From: an uncultured Christensenella sp. | GTDB lineage: Bacteria > Bacillota > Clostridia > Christensenellales > UBA1242 | Assembly (NCBI GenBank): GCA_910584295.1 | Contig: CAJTYR010000001.1 | Span: 69,374 to 133,373, forward strand | Direction of reading: 5' to 3' | Length of the DNA: 64,000 nt | Part shown: piece by piece, positions 48,137-57,608 of the stretch | How the letters are laid out: every line of letters begins with the position of its first letter | Position numbering within the stretch: the stretch's first letter is position 1 | Notes under the pieces: model-generated | Database searches by the model: none | What the model saw: only the letters and a program-made list of their open reading frames with translations | What the model was told of the DNA's origin: nothing | Program-made: the position numbers and the translations under genes

Positions 48137-49030
48137 TTACTCTGCATCTTTTTTTGTTTCAACTTCAGCAGCTGGAGCAGCTTCAGTTTTTGTTTCTTTC
48201 TTTGCAACTGGTTTCTTTCTTGGTTTCTTTGCAACTTTCTTTTCTTCACCAGCTTCAGCATCAGCAACGCTTGGCTTTGCTTGTTCAAGCAAAGTTTCAA
48301 GGTCAAGAGTTTCTTCAGATGATTCTTCTTCATCTTTTTTCAAAGAAACGCCTTCTCTTGCTTCAATAACTGCATCAGCAAGTGCGCCAGCAATAAGTTT
48401 TACAGAACGAATTGCATCGTCGTTTCCTGGAATGACAACATCAACATATGATGGATCACAGTTTGTGTCAACCAAACTTACAACTGGAATGTTCAAGATG
48501 TTTGCTTCATGAACACAAATTTTTTCATTTGATGGATCAACAACAAAGATAACTCCTGGGAGATCTCTCATTTCTTTGATTCCGCCAAGGTTTTTCTCCA
48601 ATTTGTCTCTTTCGAGTTTAAGAAGAGCAACTTCTTTCTTTGGCAACAAATCAAATTCACCAACTTTTTCCATGTTGTTGAGTTTGTTAAGTCTTTCGAT
48701 ACGATTTCTGATTGTCTTGAAGTTTGTAAGAGTTCCCCCAAGCCATCTTGTGTTAACATAAAACATTCCGCATCTTTCGGCTTCTTCTTTAACGGCTTCT
48801 TGAGCTTGTTTTTTTGTTCCAACGAAAAGAACATTCTTTCCGCTTGCAACGATATCACGAACAAAAGTGTAAGCCTTGTCCACTTGTTCTGATGTTGTTT
48901 CCAAATTGATGATATGAATATCATTTCTTGCTGTGAAAATGTATTGTTTCATCTTTGGATTCCACTTTCTTGATTGATGTCCAAAGTGAACACCAGCCTC
49001 CAAAAGTTGTTTCATTGAAATAACTGACAT
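48137..49030 (-). CDS. rpsB: 30S ribosomal protein S2 with an acidic-then-basic C-terminal extension
   Basis: Start at [27 protein letters not shown] (RBS AGGAGGGA). About 60 extra residues after the S2 core. Confidence 0.96.
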   Translation of the reverse strand: MSVISMKQLLEAGVHFGHQSRKWNPKMKQYIFTARNDIHIINLETTSEQVDKAYTFVRDIVASGKNVLFVGTKKQAQEAVKEEAERCGMFYVNTRWLGGTLTNFKTIRNRIERLNKLNNMEKVGEFDLLPKKEVALLKLERDKLEKNLGGIKEMRDLPGVIFVVDPSNEKICVHEANILNIPVVSLVDTNCDPSYVDVVIPGNDDAIRSVKLIAGALADAVIEAREGVSLKKDEEESSEETLDLETLLEQAKPSVADAEAGEEKKVAKKPRKKPVAKKETKTEAAPAAEVETKKDAE

Positions 49031-49244
49031 AATTTTTCCCTCCTGTTTTTGTCTCTTCCCTAAAGTTTCAATTTTCTTTGGGCAACCCAAGTCAAAGACT
49101 TTTGCAAGCAAACAAATTCAAACTATCGACTTATCATTCTCAAAGGTTTGCAAGCGTTCAGGCAACATACCAAAAAATACGCTTTAGGTGAATATTTTGT
49201 CCAATGACATTTGAGAGTATATCATATGTAATTCAAAAATGCAA
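49031..49244 (-). promoter_or_regulatory. rpsB promoter and ~175-nt structured 5' UTR
   Basis: Minus strand TTGCAT (49239-49244), 17-nt spacer, TATACT (49216-49221). The leader has complementary pairs GCAAAC/GUUUGC, CUCAAA/UUUGAG and UUGGG/CCCAA. Confidence 0.4.
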
Positions 49245-49277
49245 GTAATTTTTATAATAAATATAAATAAAGCAACA

Positions 49278-49306
49278 TTGACAAACTGTCCATTTTTTGA
49301 TATCAT
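49278..49306 (+). promoter_or_regulatory. sigma-A promoter for the repeat-protein gene
   Basis: TTGACA, 17-nt spacer, TATCAT. Confidence 0.5.
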
Positions 49307-49332
49307 TAAGTATTGAAGAAGGAGACCTAAAA

Positions 49333-50421
49333 ATGTCAATAAGAAGTAGAATGTATTTTGATGATTTGCAAAATGGAACAACAGAAGACAAATTGATTGC
49401 AGTAGGAGAATTGATTCTTCTTGCAAAAAAGAAAAATGACCCAAAACTCTTTGAAGAAATCTATTCATCCCCATCATTTTGGAAGAATATTAAAGAGTAT
49501 ATTGTTGCTCTGGATGCTGATATAAGAGGAGAAATGCATCATTTTTATGCACAACCTCTTCGAATTCATAAAAAGGTCAATCTTGATCAGGCACTACAAT
49601 TTTTCACAGAAATAATTGAAAACTGTGACAGTGAAAATACGCCTTTATCTGTCAGAGATTGGACAAAAATGACAGAGATTTCTTGCTTTGATAATGTTGT
49701 TGCCCTTGCACAAAAAAAAGGTCTTATCAAAGTAGAGATAAAAAACTTGGATTTAATTTCAAAAAATAAAAATAATGATGAATATATTGAGCGCTCGATT
49801 AACAATGGATTTATCACTTTGGAAACTTTGAAAAAAAATAAGATTGAAACATTCAATTTTCTTACAAATTTGGCAGAAAATCAAATGACCCGCTCCTTGT
49901 TTGCTTCACTCAAAAATGGATTGCTCACTCCTGATGTAACCATCTTTGAAAACAGCTCTGACTCTTTGTTTCATTGGACATCTATGAACAAAAAACTCTT
50001 TCTTTTCAATTTCAATGCATTGTGCAAAGGTGCGATCACACCTGATATTGCAAAACTTCAAGATGGCACTTCAAAAGACACCCTTTGGCACATTGCAATG
50101 GAAAGTGACATGAATCCAATGTTCATCGAAAAAGCAATGACAAGTGGGCTTATCACAAAAGAAATTATTTCTTTGAAAAATGCTGATGGCGTAACTTTGC
50201 TTGACCTCTTTGCACAAAGCAAAGACTCTCGTTTGTTTGAAAAAGCAAAAGAGCTTAAACTCATCCCACACAAATATTTATTTGAGATGGCAACAGCAAA
50301 AAAGAAAGCAAAACCACAAAAAACTTTGACACTCAAAGCCGCCCCAAAAAAGATTGAAAGAGCAGGACACGACAGCAAAAAATTGGGAAACAGAAATGGC
50401 GAGCGACAATACAGACGTTAA
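49333..50421 (+). CDS. hypothetical protein with degenerate ankyrin-like ~40-aa repeats and a basic tail
   Basis: Start at MSIRSRMYF (GGAG RBS). Recurrent xxG(L/F/A)IT-x-(E/D) units: KKGLIKVEI, NNGFITLET, KNGLLTPDV, CKGAITPDI, TSGLITKEI. One unit reads NADGVTLLDLFAQS. Confidence 0.55.
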   Translation: MSIRSRMYFDDLQNGTTEDKLIAVGELILLAKKKNDPKLFEEIYSSPSFWKNIKEYIVALDADIRGEMHHFYAQPLRIHKKVNLDQALQFFTEIIENCDSENTPLSVRDWTKMTEISCFDNVVALAQKKGLIKVEIKNLDLISKNKNNDEYIERSINNGFITLETLKKNKIETFNFLTNLAENQMTRSLFASLKNGLLTPDVTIFENSSDSLFHWTSMNKKLFLFNFNALCKGAITPDIAKLQDGTSKDTLWHIAMESDMNPMFIEKAMTSGLITKEIISLKNADGVTLLDLFAQSKDSRLFEKAKELKLIPHKYLFEMATAKKKAKPQKTLTLKAAPKKIERAGHDSKKLGNRNGERQYRR

Positions 50422-50422
50422 G

Positions 50423-50454
50423 AAAAGCAGTGAATATAAACACTGCTTTTTTTA
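50423..50454. terminator. bidirectional terminator
   Basis: AAAGCAGTG-aatataaa-CACTGCTTT followed by TTTT. Confidence 0.8.
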
Positions 50455-50910
50455 TTTGTGATAGCTTTTGTTTTCAATGATTGTAAATGCACGATAAATT
50501 TGCTCTAAAAGCATTATTCGAAAAAGGTTGTGTGGGAAAGTCATTGGTGAAAAAGATATTTTTTCATCAGCCAATTTTTTTACTTCTTCGCTGACCCCAT
50601 AAGAGCCACCAACAACAATCGTAATTGTTGAAGAAAGCATCATGATACTTTTTATTTTTTCTGATAATTTTTCACTTGAAAGTTCTTTTCCTTTGATGTC
50701 ACAAAGAATGACATAACCTTTCAAGTTTTTGACAATATCAACCCCTTCTTTTTGAACAATCGCCACAGGATTTTGAAGTTGATTTTGCTCTTTTATTTCA
50801 ACAATTTTAAGACTGCAAAACGAAGACAAGCGCTTCACATATTCTGCTTGTGCTTCTTTTGAAAACTTTTCTTTGAGATTTCCAACACAAACCAAATTTA
50901 TGTTAATCAT
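50452..50910 (-). CDS. rlmH: 23S rRNA (pseudouridine1915-N3)-methyltransferase RlmH
   Basis: Start at MININLVCVGNLKE. SPOUT C-terminus SFSPMTFPHNLFRIMLLEQIYRA. ATGA overlap with the upstream CPBP gene. Confidence 0.9.
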   Translation of the reverse strand: MININLVCVGNLKEKFSKEAQAEYVKRLSSFCSLKIVEIKEQNQLQNPVAIVQKEGVDIVKNLKGYVILCDIKGKELSSEKLSEKIKSIMMLSSTITIVVGGSYGVSEEVKKLADEKISFSPMTFPHNLFRIMLLEQIYRAFTIIENKSYHK

Positions 50911-52070
50911 AAAATCCCCCAAATAAAGGTCATAAATGTCACAATAGCACCAAGAGCAATTGTCCCCCACATAAAGATTTTTGATTTTGTGTCCATTTTG
51001 AATTTGTCTTCTTTTTCCATTTGAGAAACGGAATTTTTAATTATTTCCTCAAGATTATCATTAACAAAACTCATAAACTCTTTCTCGTCAATGATTTTTG
51101 CTGACAACTCAATTGGAGAAACATTTTCATCCACCATTTTATCATTTTTCAAATCTTCCACAGATTGAAGATAAGTTTCTTTTATTGCCATATTCGCAAG
51201 TTCTTGTTGTTTGCCAACAAAGTTATATTTAAAAGTCTCTCGAAGCATAAATTTAACCAATTCAAAAGCAACAAAGACAAGAAGTGCAAGAAGAAGTATA
51301 AAGAGTGCAATCCCAAGGATTTTATTGCTCATCACATAGTCAGCAAGACTGTCAAAAAAGTTTCCAATTGCCCAACCTTTTTTTGCAGCAAAACCCAAAA
51401 GCACACTCAAGAAGTTGTTCATAAAGTGAACAATTATGCAAGGCCAGATTGAACAACATCCCCAACATATATAACCTAAAAACAAACCAATTATTGTCGC
51501 GTAGAAAAATTGTTCAATGTTGAGGTGTAAAAGACCAAAAAGCACACCAGAAATAACAATACTCTTCCTCATGCCAACCATCGAATTGCCATTAAGAAGC
51601 ATGCCTCTATGGAGTGTTTCTTCACAAAATGCAGGCAAAATAGCTGTGCCAATAATGCTTAAAATAAGCCCCCACCATGTAGCATTTCCGCCACCACTTG
51701 AAACATGCTTATAGCCAAACAAAGAAATAATGGAATTGAAAAAATTTGATACATATACATTCAAAAAGAAAACAATCATTCCGAGTGCAAAACTTGCCAG
51801 AATAACTTTGTATGAAACCTTTTTGTAGCAACAAAATTTAACAACATCACCAGTGCGAGATTTTGTGAAAATCTTAAGAAGTGCAAGAGGCAAAAGAAGA
51901 ATAAGACCTATTTGCGTAAAGAGACTGACATAAAAAGAGGCTTGCCTGCCAAGAAACGAAAACAAGTTGTAATGACCACAAATTCTCATTACAACCAAAC
52001 AAACCATAACAAGGAAATATATCATATTTGTGTAAAAATTTACACATTTTTCTTGTTTGCTTACATTCAT
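50907..52070 (-). CDS. CPBP family intramembrane glutamic endopeptidase (CAAX protease/Abi family)
   Basis: EE-x3-R (FCEETLHRG), FxxxH (FGLLHLN) and HxxxN (HFMNNF) motifs. Start set at ATG 52070 after GGAGAA. Confidence 0.8.
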   Translation of the reverse strand: MNVSKQEKCVNFYTNMIYFLVMVCLVVMRICGHYNLFSFLGRQASFYVSLFTQIGLILLLPLALLKIFTKSRTGDVVKFCCYKKVSYKVILASFALGMIVFFLNVYVSNFFNSIISLFGYKHVSSGGGNATWWGLILSIIGTAILPAFCEETLHRGMLLNGNSMVGMRKSIVISGVLFGLLHLNIEQFFYATIIGLFLGYICWGCCSIWPCIIVHFMNNFLSVLLGFAAKKGWAIGNFFDSLADYVMSNKILGIALFILLLALLVFVAFELVKFMLRETFKYNFVGKQQELANMAIKETYLQSVEDLKNDKMVDENVSPIELSAKIIDEKEFMSFVNDNLEEIIKNSVSQMEKEDKFKMDTKSKIFMWGTIALGAIVTFMTFIWGIL

Positions 52071-52101
52071 AGTTTCTCCATCGTAGTATATCTTACTCTC
52101 T

Positions 52102-53139
52102 TTAAAGAGCATTTATAACAATCATGACAATTGAAATTAAAATCCCCAAAAACAAAGTCAAAGGCATTTTCCCTACATTCAAAGAAGAAGGAAGTGGCGC
52201 CTCACCATGCAATTCAACAGTGTTTCTTGCCTTTTTGACAAGATAGAATTTGTAGAGAACAAACAATATTGCACAAATTACAAAGGCAAAAACAAACGCC
52301 AAAATATACCACCACCAAGCCATGCCAATAAGAGACATTTTGATCACTCCCTTTTGAATAAGAAAATCAAAAGTTAATGTGGTAAAATTGTTGAAACCAT
52401 GAATGAGCATGCAATAGAGAAGATTGTTTGTTTTATCCATAACCACTGTAAGTACAAATCCCAAAATCAATGGATAAATGAATTGTATTATGCTTTGATG
52501 CATCAAAGCAAAGAGCAGAGCAGTCAAAAGGACACTTGTGAATGGCTTAAACTTTTCTTTCAAACCTTGGAAGATTATCCCCCTAAAAAGCAACTCTTCA
52601 CAAATTGCAGGAAAAACTCCCAAAAGCAGAAGATTCAAAAAATAAAATCCAACTGTGTTGTTTGGTGGCTGATATGATTCACTTGCATCTTTAAGCAACC
52701 CCATTGCACTAAACATGTTGCCAAACACACCCTCAATCAAAAGAATAAATCCAAAGAAGGACAATATCCCAACCAAAATGCACAAAAGACAAGTCCAAGC
52801 ATTTGCTTTCTTAAATGAAATGTTGCAAGATTTTTGTTCAATTCTGTTTGCCTTATTATAAGCGAAATATAGACAGAAAAAAACGACTTCAGACAACGCC
52901 ATATAAGGAATACTGAACCAAAGGAAATTTCTGCAAAGTTCAATGATCACATTGGTTGACTCTTCAATCTTTACTCCACTTCCCTTTGCAATTGCAATAG
53001 AGATATAACCAAAAAGAAGCCCAAATGCAAGAGGCAACAAAAGAGCATACAAAAAGATTTTACCAGAATCTTTTGTCACATAGAAGTTTCTTTTCTGAAA
53101 AACTTTTTTAAGTTCATCAACCTTTTTTGTTTTTTCCAT
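52102..53139 (-). CDS. CPBP family intramembrane glutamic endopeptidase, paralog 2
   Basis: ICEELLFRG, FALMHQS and HGFNNF motifs. Start uncertain (53139 preferred over 53199 to leave room for the divergent tadA promoter). Confidence 0.8.
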   Translation of the reverse strand: MEKTKKVDELKKVFQKRNFYVTKDSGKIFLYALLLPLAFGLLFGYISIAIAKGSGVKIEESTNVIIELCRNFLWFSIPYMALSEVVFFCLYFAYNKANRIEQKSCNISFKKANAWTCLLCILVGILSFFGFILLIEGVFGNMFSAMGLLKDASESYQPPNNTVGFYFLNLLLLGVFPAICEELLFRGIIFQGLKEKFKPFTSVLLTALLFALMHQSIIQFIYPLILGFVLTVVMDKTNNLLYCMLIHGFNNFTTLTFDFLIQKGVIKMSLIGMAWWWYILAFVFAFVICAILFVLYKFYLVKKARNTVELHGEAPLPSSLNVGKMPLTLFLGILISIVMIVINAL

Positions 53140-53220
53140 AGTCAAGATAATATCATATATTTTTTCAAAACACAACCATTTGTGCTGGACAAATAACATT
53201 TTTTTATATAAAATATATTT

Positions 53221-53664
53221 ATGAATAAATTTATGGAAGAAGCAATACGCCTTGCAAAAAAAGCAAATTCAAAAAAAGAAGTGCCAATCGGAGCAGTGAT
53301 TGTCTGTGATGACAAAATCATCGCTCGTGGCTTCAATAAGCGAGAAAAAAGCAAAAATGCCCTCAATCATGCTGAAATCATCGCCATAAACAAAGCATGC
53401 AAAAAACTAAAAGAATGGAGACTTGAAAACTGCACCCTCTATGTCACCCTTGAGCCTTGCCCAATGTGCGCTGGAGCAATCGCAAACGCTCGCATCAAAA
53501 AGGTTTTTTATGGAGCAAAAGAAAAGACGTCAAATGACAATCTCTTCGAGCAAATCCTCACTTCCAATCGCCTCAATCATAAATGCGAAATTGAGCAATT
53601 GACTGAATATGAGAAAACTTGCTCCTCTATTCTCACTGAATTTTTCAAAAACAAACGCAGATAG
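53221..53664 (+). CDS. tadA: tRNA adenosine(34) deaminase
   Basis: HAEIIAI and PCPMCAGA zinc motifs; TAG stop. Confidence 0.93.
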   Translation: MNKFMEEAIRLAKKANSKKEVPIGAVIVCDDKIIARGFNKREKSKNALNHAEIIAINKACKKLKEWRLENCTLYVTLEPCPMCAGAIANARIKKVFYGAKEKTSNDNLFEQILTSNRLNHKCEIEQLTEYEKTCSSILTEFFKNKRR

Positions 53665-53673
53665 AAACAAAAT

Positions 53674-53705
53674 AAAAAGTTGAGATTTTTTTCTCAACTT
53701 TTTTA
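53674..53705. terminator. bidirectional terminator
   Basis: AAAAAGTTGAGA-loop-TCTCAACTTTTTT. Confidence 0.8.
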
Positions 53706-53710
53706 TCTCA

Positions 53711-55204
53711 CTAATTCAATGCATTGATGTAATAAACTTCATATTCACTTGCAACAACTGAAGTTTCAATTCTACCATCGTTTCTGATGAGTCCATATAC
53801 ATTTTGCATTGTGCTGTCAAGAGCTGAAAATGTGACGTTTCCAAGATTATCAGAATCAATTGATGTGAAATAATAGTCCGAAACTAAATCTGTTTTTTCT
53901 CCACTTGCGATATCCACACTGAAAATCTTTGATTCGTTTCTAAAGAAAATCTTATCAGCAGTGACAACATAATCTGTGGTACATTCTGAAAATTGAATTT
54001 TTTCATACTCAAATCTAACATCATCAAGCCAAGTAATTTTATGAATAATTTTGTAGTTATCACCCACATAGTAGTTGCTGCCTATATAGAAATAATGAAT
54101 ATTTCCGTCTTTTTTTATTAAATAAATTTTACTAAGGTTTACATCACAACCATCAAAAGAATTTTCAACCAACTCCCCATTTTCATCAAATTGAAACTTT
54201 TTATCTTTTGTGTAAACAATTTTATTTAAACAAATTTTTACATTTTGTTCAATTCTTTTCATCAAACCATCTTTGTTTATAATATATGAGAAACCTTCAA
54301 TTGTATTTGAAGTGCCTTGTGATAAAAACAAATTTCCATATCTGTCAACAACAATGTTGCTAAAGTCAACCATATTTGAACCAACAGACTTTTCAAGAAT
54401 TTGTTCAATTTTTAGACTATTTTCAACCACTGATGCTTTATAAAGGATTATCGTGTTTGAATCGTCAACATATTTATCAAAAAATCTAGCGAAAAAATAA
54501 ATGTAATTTTCATTTGCATAATATTCAGCATCTTTTTCATGACCCGAAAAACTACCATCATAATTTGGTGAGTAAAGACGGATTTCAATATATTTCCCAT
54601 AATCTGTTTTTTTAAGCAAAGCATTTAAAGAATATATTTTTCCTGTTTTGTTATCAATAATCACTGTAAGACTATTTTTATTTATAATAAAACGATCTTC
54701 ATTAAAGTCCACTATTCCATTTTTACAAAATCTTGCGACAGTAAAATTTTCAACTGAAAAAATATATGTTAGATTCCACTTAATTTTTTCAGGTTTGCCC
54801 TCCTTTTTGTTTGAAACTCTCACTTCTTCAACAACACCATTTTCTTTAATTCCAATAAGTTTTTTTTCTTTAGAACTTGATGATGCCATGAAAACCACAT
54901 TTGAAGAAGAAACTTTTCCACTTGTCAAAACGCCTGCTCCCAATGCTGTGTATTGCTGAAAATTATATATATACATATTATTCAAATCATAATTTTCTTT
55001 TAATCCCAAACCTAATCCAAGTCCCAATCCAAGAGTTGTCAACAACATCACACAAGCCGTACAAACAGAAACAATTGCTTTTTTTGTCCATAAAAATTTG
55101 TTGAATTTTGATTTTGGTTTCTGGCTTGTTTCAACAACTTGCATATCTTCTTTATTTGCGTATCTTTGCATAATTATTTTTGCGCGTTCTTTATTTGTTT
55201 TCAT
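53711..55204 (-). CDS. putative anti-sigma factor: short cytoplasmic N-terminus, one TM helix, (Gly-Leu) repeat, ~420-aa extracytoplasmic domain
   Basis: Start ATG 55204 after AAAGGAGGGG, 11 nt after the sigma factor stop. TM AIVSVCTACVMLLTTLGLGLGLGLGL. Beta-rich Asn/Tyr/Ile-rich ectodomain, no family recognised. Confidence 0.5.
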   Translation of the reverse strand: MKTNKERAKIIMQRYANKEDMQVVETSQKPKSKFNKFLWTKKAIVSVCTACVMLLTTLGLGLGLGLGLKENYDLNNMYIYNFQQYTALGAGVLTSGKVSSSNVVFMASSSSKEKKLIGIKENGVVEEVRVSNKKEGKPEKIKWNLTYIFSVENFTVARFCKNGIVDFNEDRFIINKNSLTVIIDNKTGKIYSLNALLKKTDYGKYIEIRLYSPNYDGSFSGHEKDAEYYANENYIYFFARFFDKYVDDSNTIILYKASVVENSLKIEQILEKSVGSNMVDFSNIVVDRYGNLFLSQGTSNTIEGFSYIINKDGLMKRIEQNVKICLNKIVYTKDKKFQFDENGELVENSFDGCDVNLSKIYLIKKDGNIHYFYIGSNYYVGDNYKIIHKITWLDDVRFEYEKIQFSECTTDYVVTADKIFFRNESKIFSVDIASGEKTDLVSDYYFTSIDSDNLGNVTFSALDSTMQNVYGLIRNDGRIETSVVASEYEVYYINALN

Positions 55205-55215
55205 GTCCCCTCCTT

Positions 55216-55752
55216 TCAATCTTCATAAAAGAGATTTTTTTCTTTCAAAATTTCATTAAGTTTTTGTTTTGCTCTATGTTTAATATTTCTTACTTGTCTT
55301 TCATCCATTTGAAGAGCCAAAGAAATTTCTTGATTTGACATTTCTTCAAAATAACTTAAATAAAGCACTTGCTTATATTTAGGTTTCAGCCTTTCCATGC
55401 TCTCTTTCAAGATTTTGGAAATATTGTCGGAATAAAGTTTTTTCTCAAGTTCGATTGTGTCAACCAAAATTCCCTCGTTCAGTTTCACCAAAGATTTGTT
55501 TTTCTTTAAGAAATTAAACGCCTTATTACGTGCCACTTGAAAAAGCCATGCCTTCAACTTCTTTTCATCTTCAAAAACAGGTTTACTTTTCAAAAGTTGC
55601 AAAAAGACATCCATCATGATGTCCTCTGATGAATTTATATCCTTCACAAAACTGTTAATAAAACCTATAAGGCGGTCAGCATAGATGTCAAGAAGTTTTT
55701 CAAGATTATCATTGGCATCCAGTTTGCTGTAAAGTTCCAATTGACCGGTCAT
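55216..55752 (-). CDS. ECF-type sigma-70 family RNA polymerase sigma factor
   Basis: Region 2 (WLFQVARNKAFNFLKK) and region 4 HTH (MSNQEISLALQMDERQVRNIKHRAKQKL). Confidence 0.85.
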   Translation of the reverse strand: MTGQLELYSKLDANDNLEKLLDIYADRLIGFINSFVKDINSSEDIMMDVFLQLLKSKPVFEDEKKLKAWLFQVARNKAFNFLKKNKSLVKLNEGILVDTIELEKKLYSDNISKILKESMERLKPKYKQVLYLSYFEEMSNQEISLALQMDERQVRNIKHRAKQKLNEILKEKNLFYED

Positions 55753-55862
55753 TGATTTTCTCCTTTCACTTTACACAAATAAAACAATTAAAAAATCATT
55801 TTGTCTCAAAAATTTTAAAAAATCACAATCAAAAAAGCAAAGGCTTCTGATTGTGAAATTGA

Positions 55863-56396
55863 TTAAAGCAAATCAAAAAGTTTGTTTTTGTATTCTTCCT
55901 CAGTAATTGCTCCACTGTCACGAAGACGCTTAAGTTCTTCAATCTTTGCTTTTTTCTCTTCATACGCCTTGTCACGCAAAACCTCTTCTTTTTGCTCTTG
56001 CTTTGCTTCATGACGAAGTTCCGTCTTGTCATTGATGACAACAATATCAGGAACAAAAGCAGATATGAAGAGTAGAAGCCAAGCAACAGATCCACCAAAG
56101 AAAATAACCATAACAAAACCAGCAATATATATTCCGTAAGAATTTCTGAAATACTTTCCTTTACTTCGCACTGAATATAAAAGCAAAATGCTTCCAATGG
56201 TCACTGCAACAAACGAAATCACCACATAAACAATACTTGTAGAATAACCAAAAATATAATAATAATCTTGATATTTAGTCAAAAATTCAGGTTTGACAAT
56301 TGCGACTATGCAAGAAACCAAATTAACAATCGCCGTAACAAAGTTTACAATGGCAGCGGCAATGATAAGATTTCTTTTAGTTCTGTTCATATACAT
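55863..56396 (-). CDS. membrane protein with C-terminal SHOCT domain
   Basis: Four TM helices, then IEELKRLRDSGAITEEEYKNKLFDLL (SHOCT signature). Confidence 0.7.
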   Translation of the reverse strand: MYMNRTKRNLIIAAAIVNFVTAIVNLVSCIVAIVKPEFLTKYQDYYYIFGYSTSIVYVVISFVAVTIGSILLLYSVRSKGKYFRNSYGIYIAGFVMVIFFGGSVAWLLLFISAFVPDIVVINDKTELRHEAKQEQKEEVLRDKAYEEKKAKIEELKRLRDSGAITEEEYKNKLFDLL

Positions 56397-56529
56397 AAAA
56401 AATCACCTCAAGGTAAAAATATTTTATCCAATTAAAATTAAGTCAATAATATCATTATGTAAAAACTATGTCAAATTATTTTGAATTTTTTATAATTTAT
56501 ATTAAAATCATTGAAGAGAGGTTATTTTG

Positions 56530-57330
56530 ATGAGGATAGAAAAAAGAACTATTGTAATCACTGGCGCATCAAGCGGAATTGGAAAAGGTCTTAAAGAAAC
56601 ATTTTCAAGCATAGGTGATGTTGTTGTCGACATATCAAGAACTGGAACAGATTTTCAAATTAATGTTTCTGACGAAAAGAGACTGAAATCTGCATTTGAT
56701 GAAATATACAAAAACAATGGAGAGATTGATATGCTCATCTGTTGTGCTGGATACGGAATAAGCGGTGCAGTTGAACTTATTGATGAAGAAACTGCAAAAA
56801 AAGAATTTGATGTAAATTTCTTTGGCACAGCAAACGCCTGCAAATATGCCATTCCTAAGATGAAAAAAAATGGAAAAATCATTGTGATTTCTTCTGCAAC
56901 AGCAATTTTTCCAGTGCCATTCAAAGCATATTATAGTGCAAGCAAAGCAGCCGTTGACAATTTTGCAAGAGCACTCAAGATGGAATTGTCGCAAACAGGT
57001 ATTCAGGTTACATCCATTTGCCCATGCGACATCAAAACAAAATTTACAGAAAATCGTATAAAGAACTACAAAACAAACGAAAGATATGGGAATTCAGTCC
57101 AACTTTCCACCCAACCTACCGAAAAAACAGAAAAAAGACGTATGAAGTGCAATGTGGCTGTCAAAAAGATATACAAAATTTGCGAGAAGAAACACCTTAA
57201 ACCAAGGTACATCGTCGGAACAGAATATAAAATTCTAAACATAATCAGACGTTTATTTTCTGTCAAAATCATGGACAATGCAACAACAAAACTTCTATAT
57301 ATCAAAGAAAACAAAAAAGACAGCAAATAA
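56530..57330 (+). CDS. SDR family oxidoreductase
   Basis: ITGASSGIGKG, CAGYG and YSASKAA motifs. Confidence 0.85.
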   Translation: MRIEKRTIVITGASSGIGKGLKETFSSIGDVVVDISRTGTDFQINVSDEKRLKSAFDEIYKNNGEIDMLICCAGYGISGAVELIDEETAKKEFDVNFFGTANACKYAIPKMKKNGKIIVISSATAIFPVPFKAYYSASKAAVDNFARALKMELSQTGIQVTSICPCDIKTKFTENRIKNYKTNERYGNSVQLSTQPTEKTEKRRMKCNVAVKKIYKICEKKHLKPRYIVGTEYKILNIIRRLFSVKIMDNATTKLLYIKENKKDSK

Positions 57331-57393
57331 GCCGTCTTTTTTATATTCACACAAATTCAAAATCCACATAAAATGAGAATGGAGGCAAAGAAA

Positions 57394-57579
57394 ATGAATT
57401 ACTCAACAAGCTACCGCTGTGGTTGTTGTCAAGATTTGCGTCCATGTGGAAACTGCCCACCTCCACCATGTTTCTGTCCACCACACAATCCCCCTAGTTG
57501 TCAAGGTGGAATCTTGGTTGATCAAAGCAGTATTCTATATTTTGCAATAGGCTTTCTTTTAGCAAAAAATTGCAAATAA
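57394..57579 (+). CDS. 61-aa Cys/Pro-rich microprotein with hydrophobic C-terminal segment
   Basis: GGAGG RBS 8 nt before ATG 57394. MNYSTSYRCGCCQDLRPCGNCPPPPCFCPPHNPPSCQGGILVDQSSILYFAIGFLLAKNCK has 9 Cys and 9 Pro. A strong terminator follows. Confidence 0.5.
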   Translation: MNYSTSYRCGCCQDLRPCGNCPPPPCFCPPHNPPSCQGGILVDQSSILYFAIGFLLAKNCK

Positions 57580-57608
57580 ACAAAGCAAACACAAAAGACA
57601 AATTCCAT

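Noticed and set aside
54990-55030. Short tandem DNA repeats were considered as CRISPR or VNTR-like features: the hexanucleotide-like repeat encoding (Gly-Leu)6, the His-codon run at 16040-16140, and the K/T-codon runs at 2913-3171 and 48140-48330.
   Set aside because: All are in-frame low-complexity coding sequence inside good ORFs. There is no spacer-repeat architecture and no cas genes.
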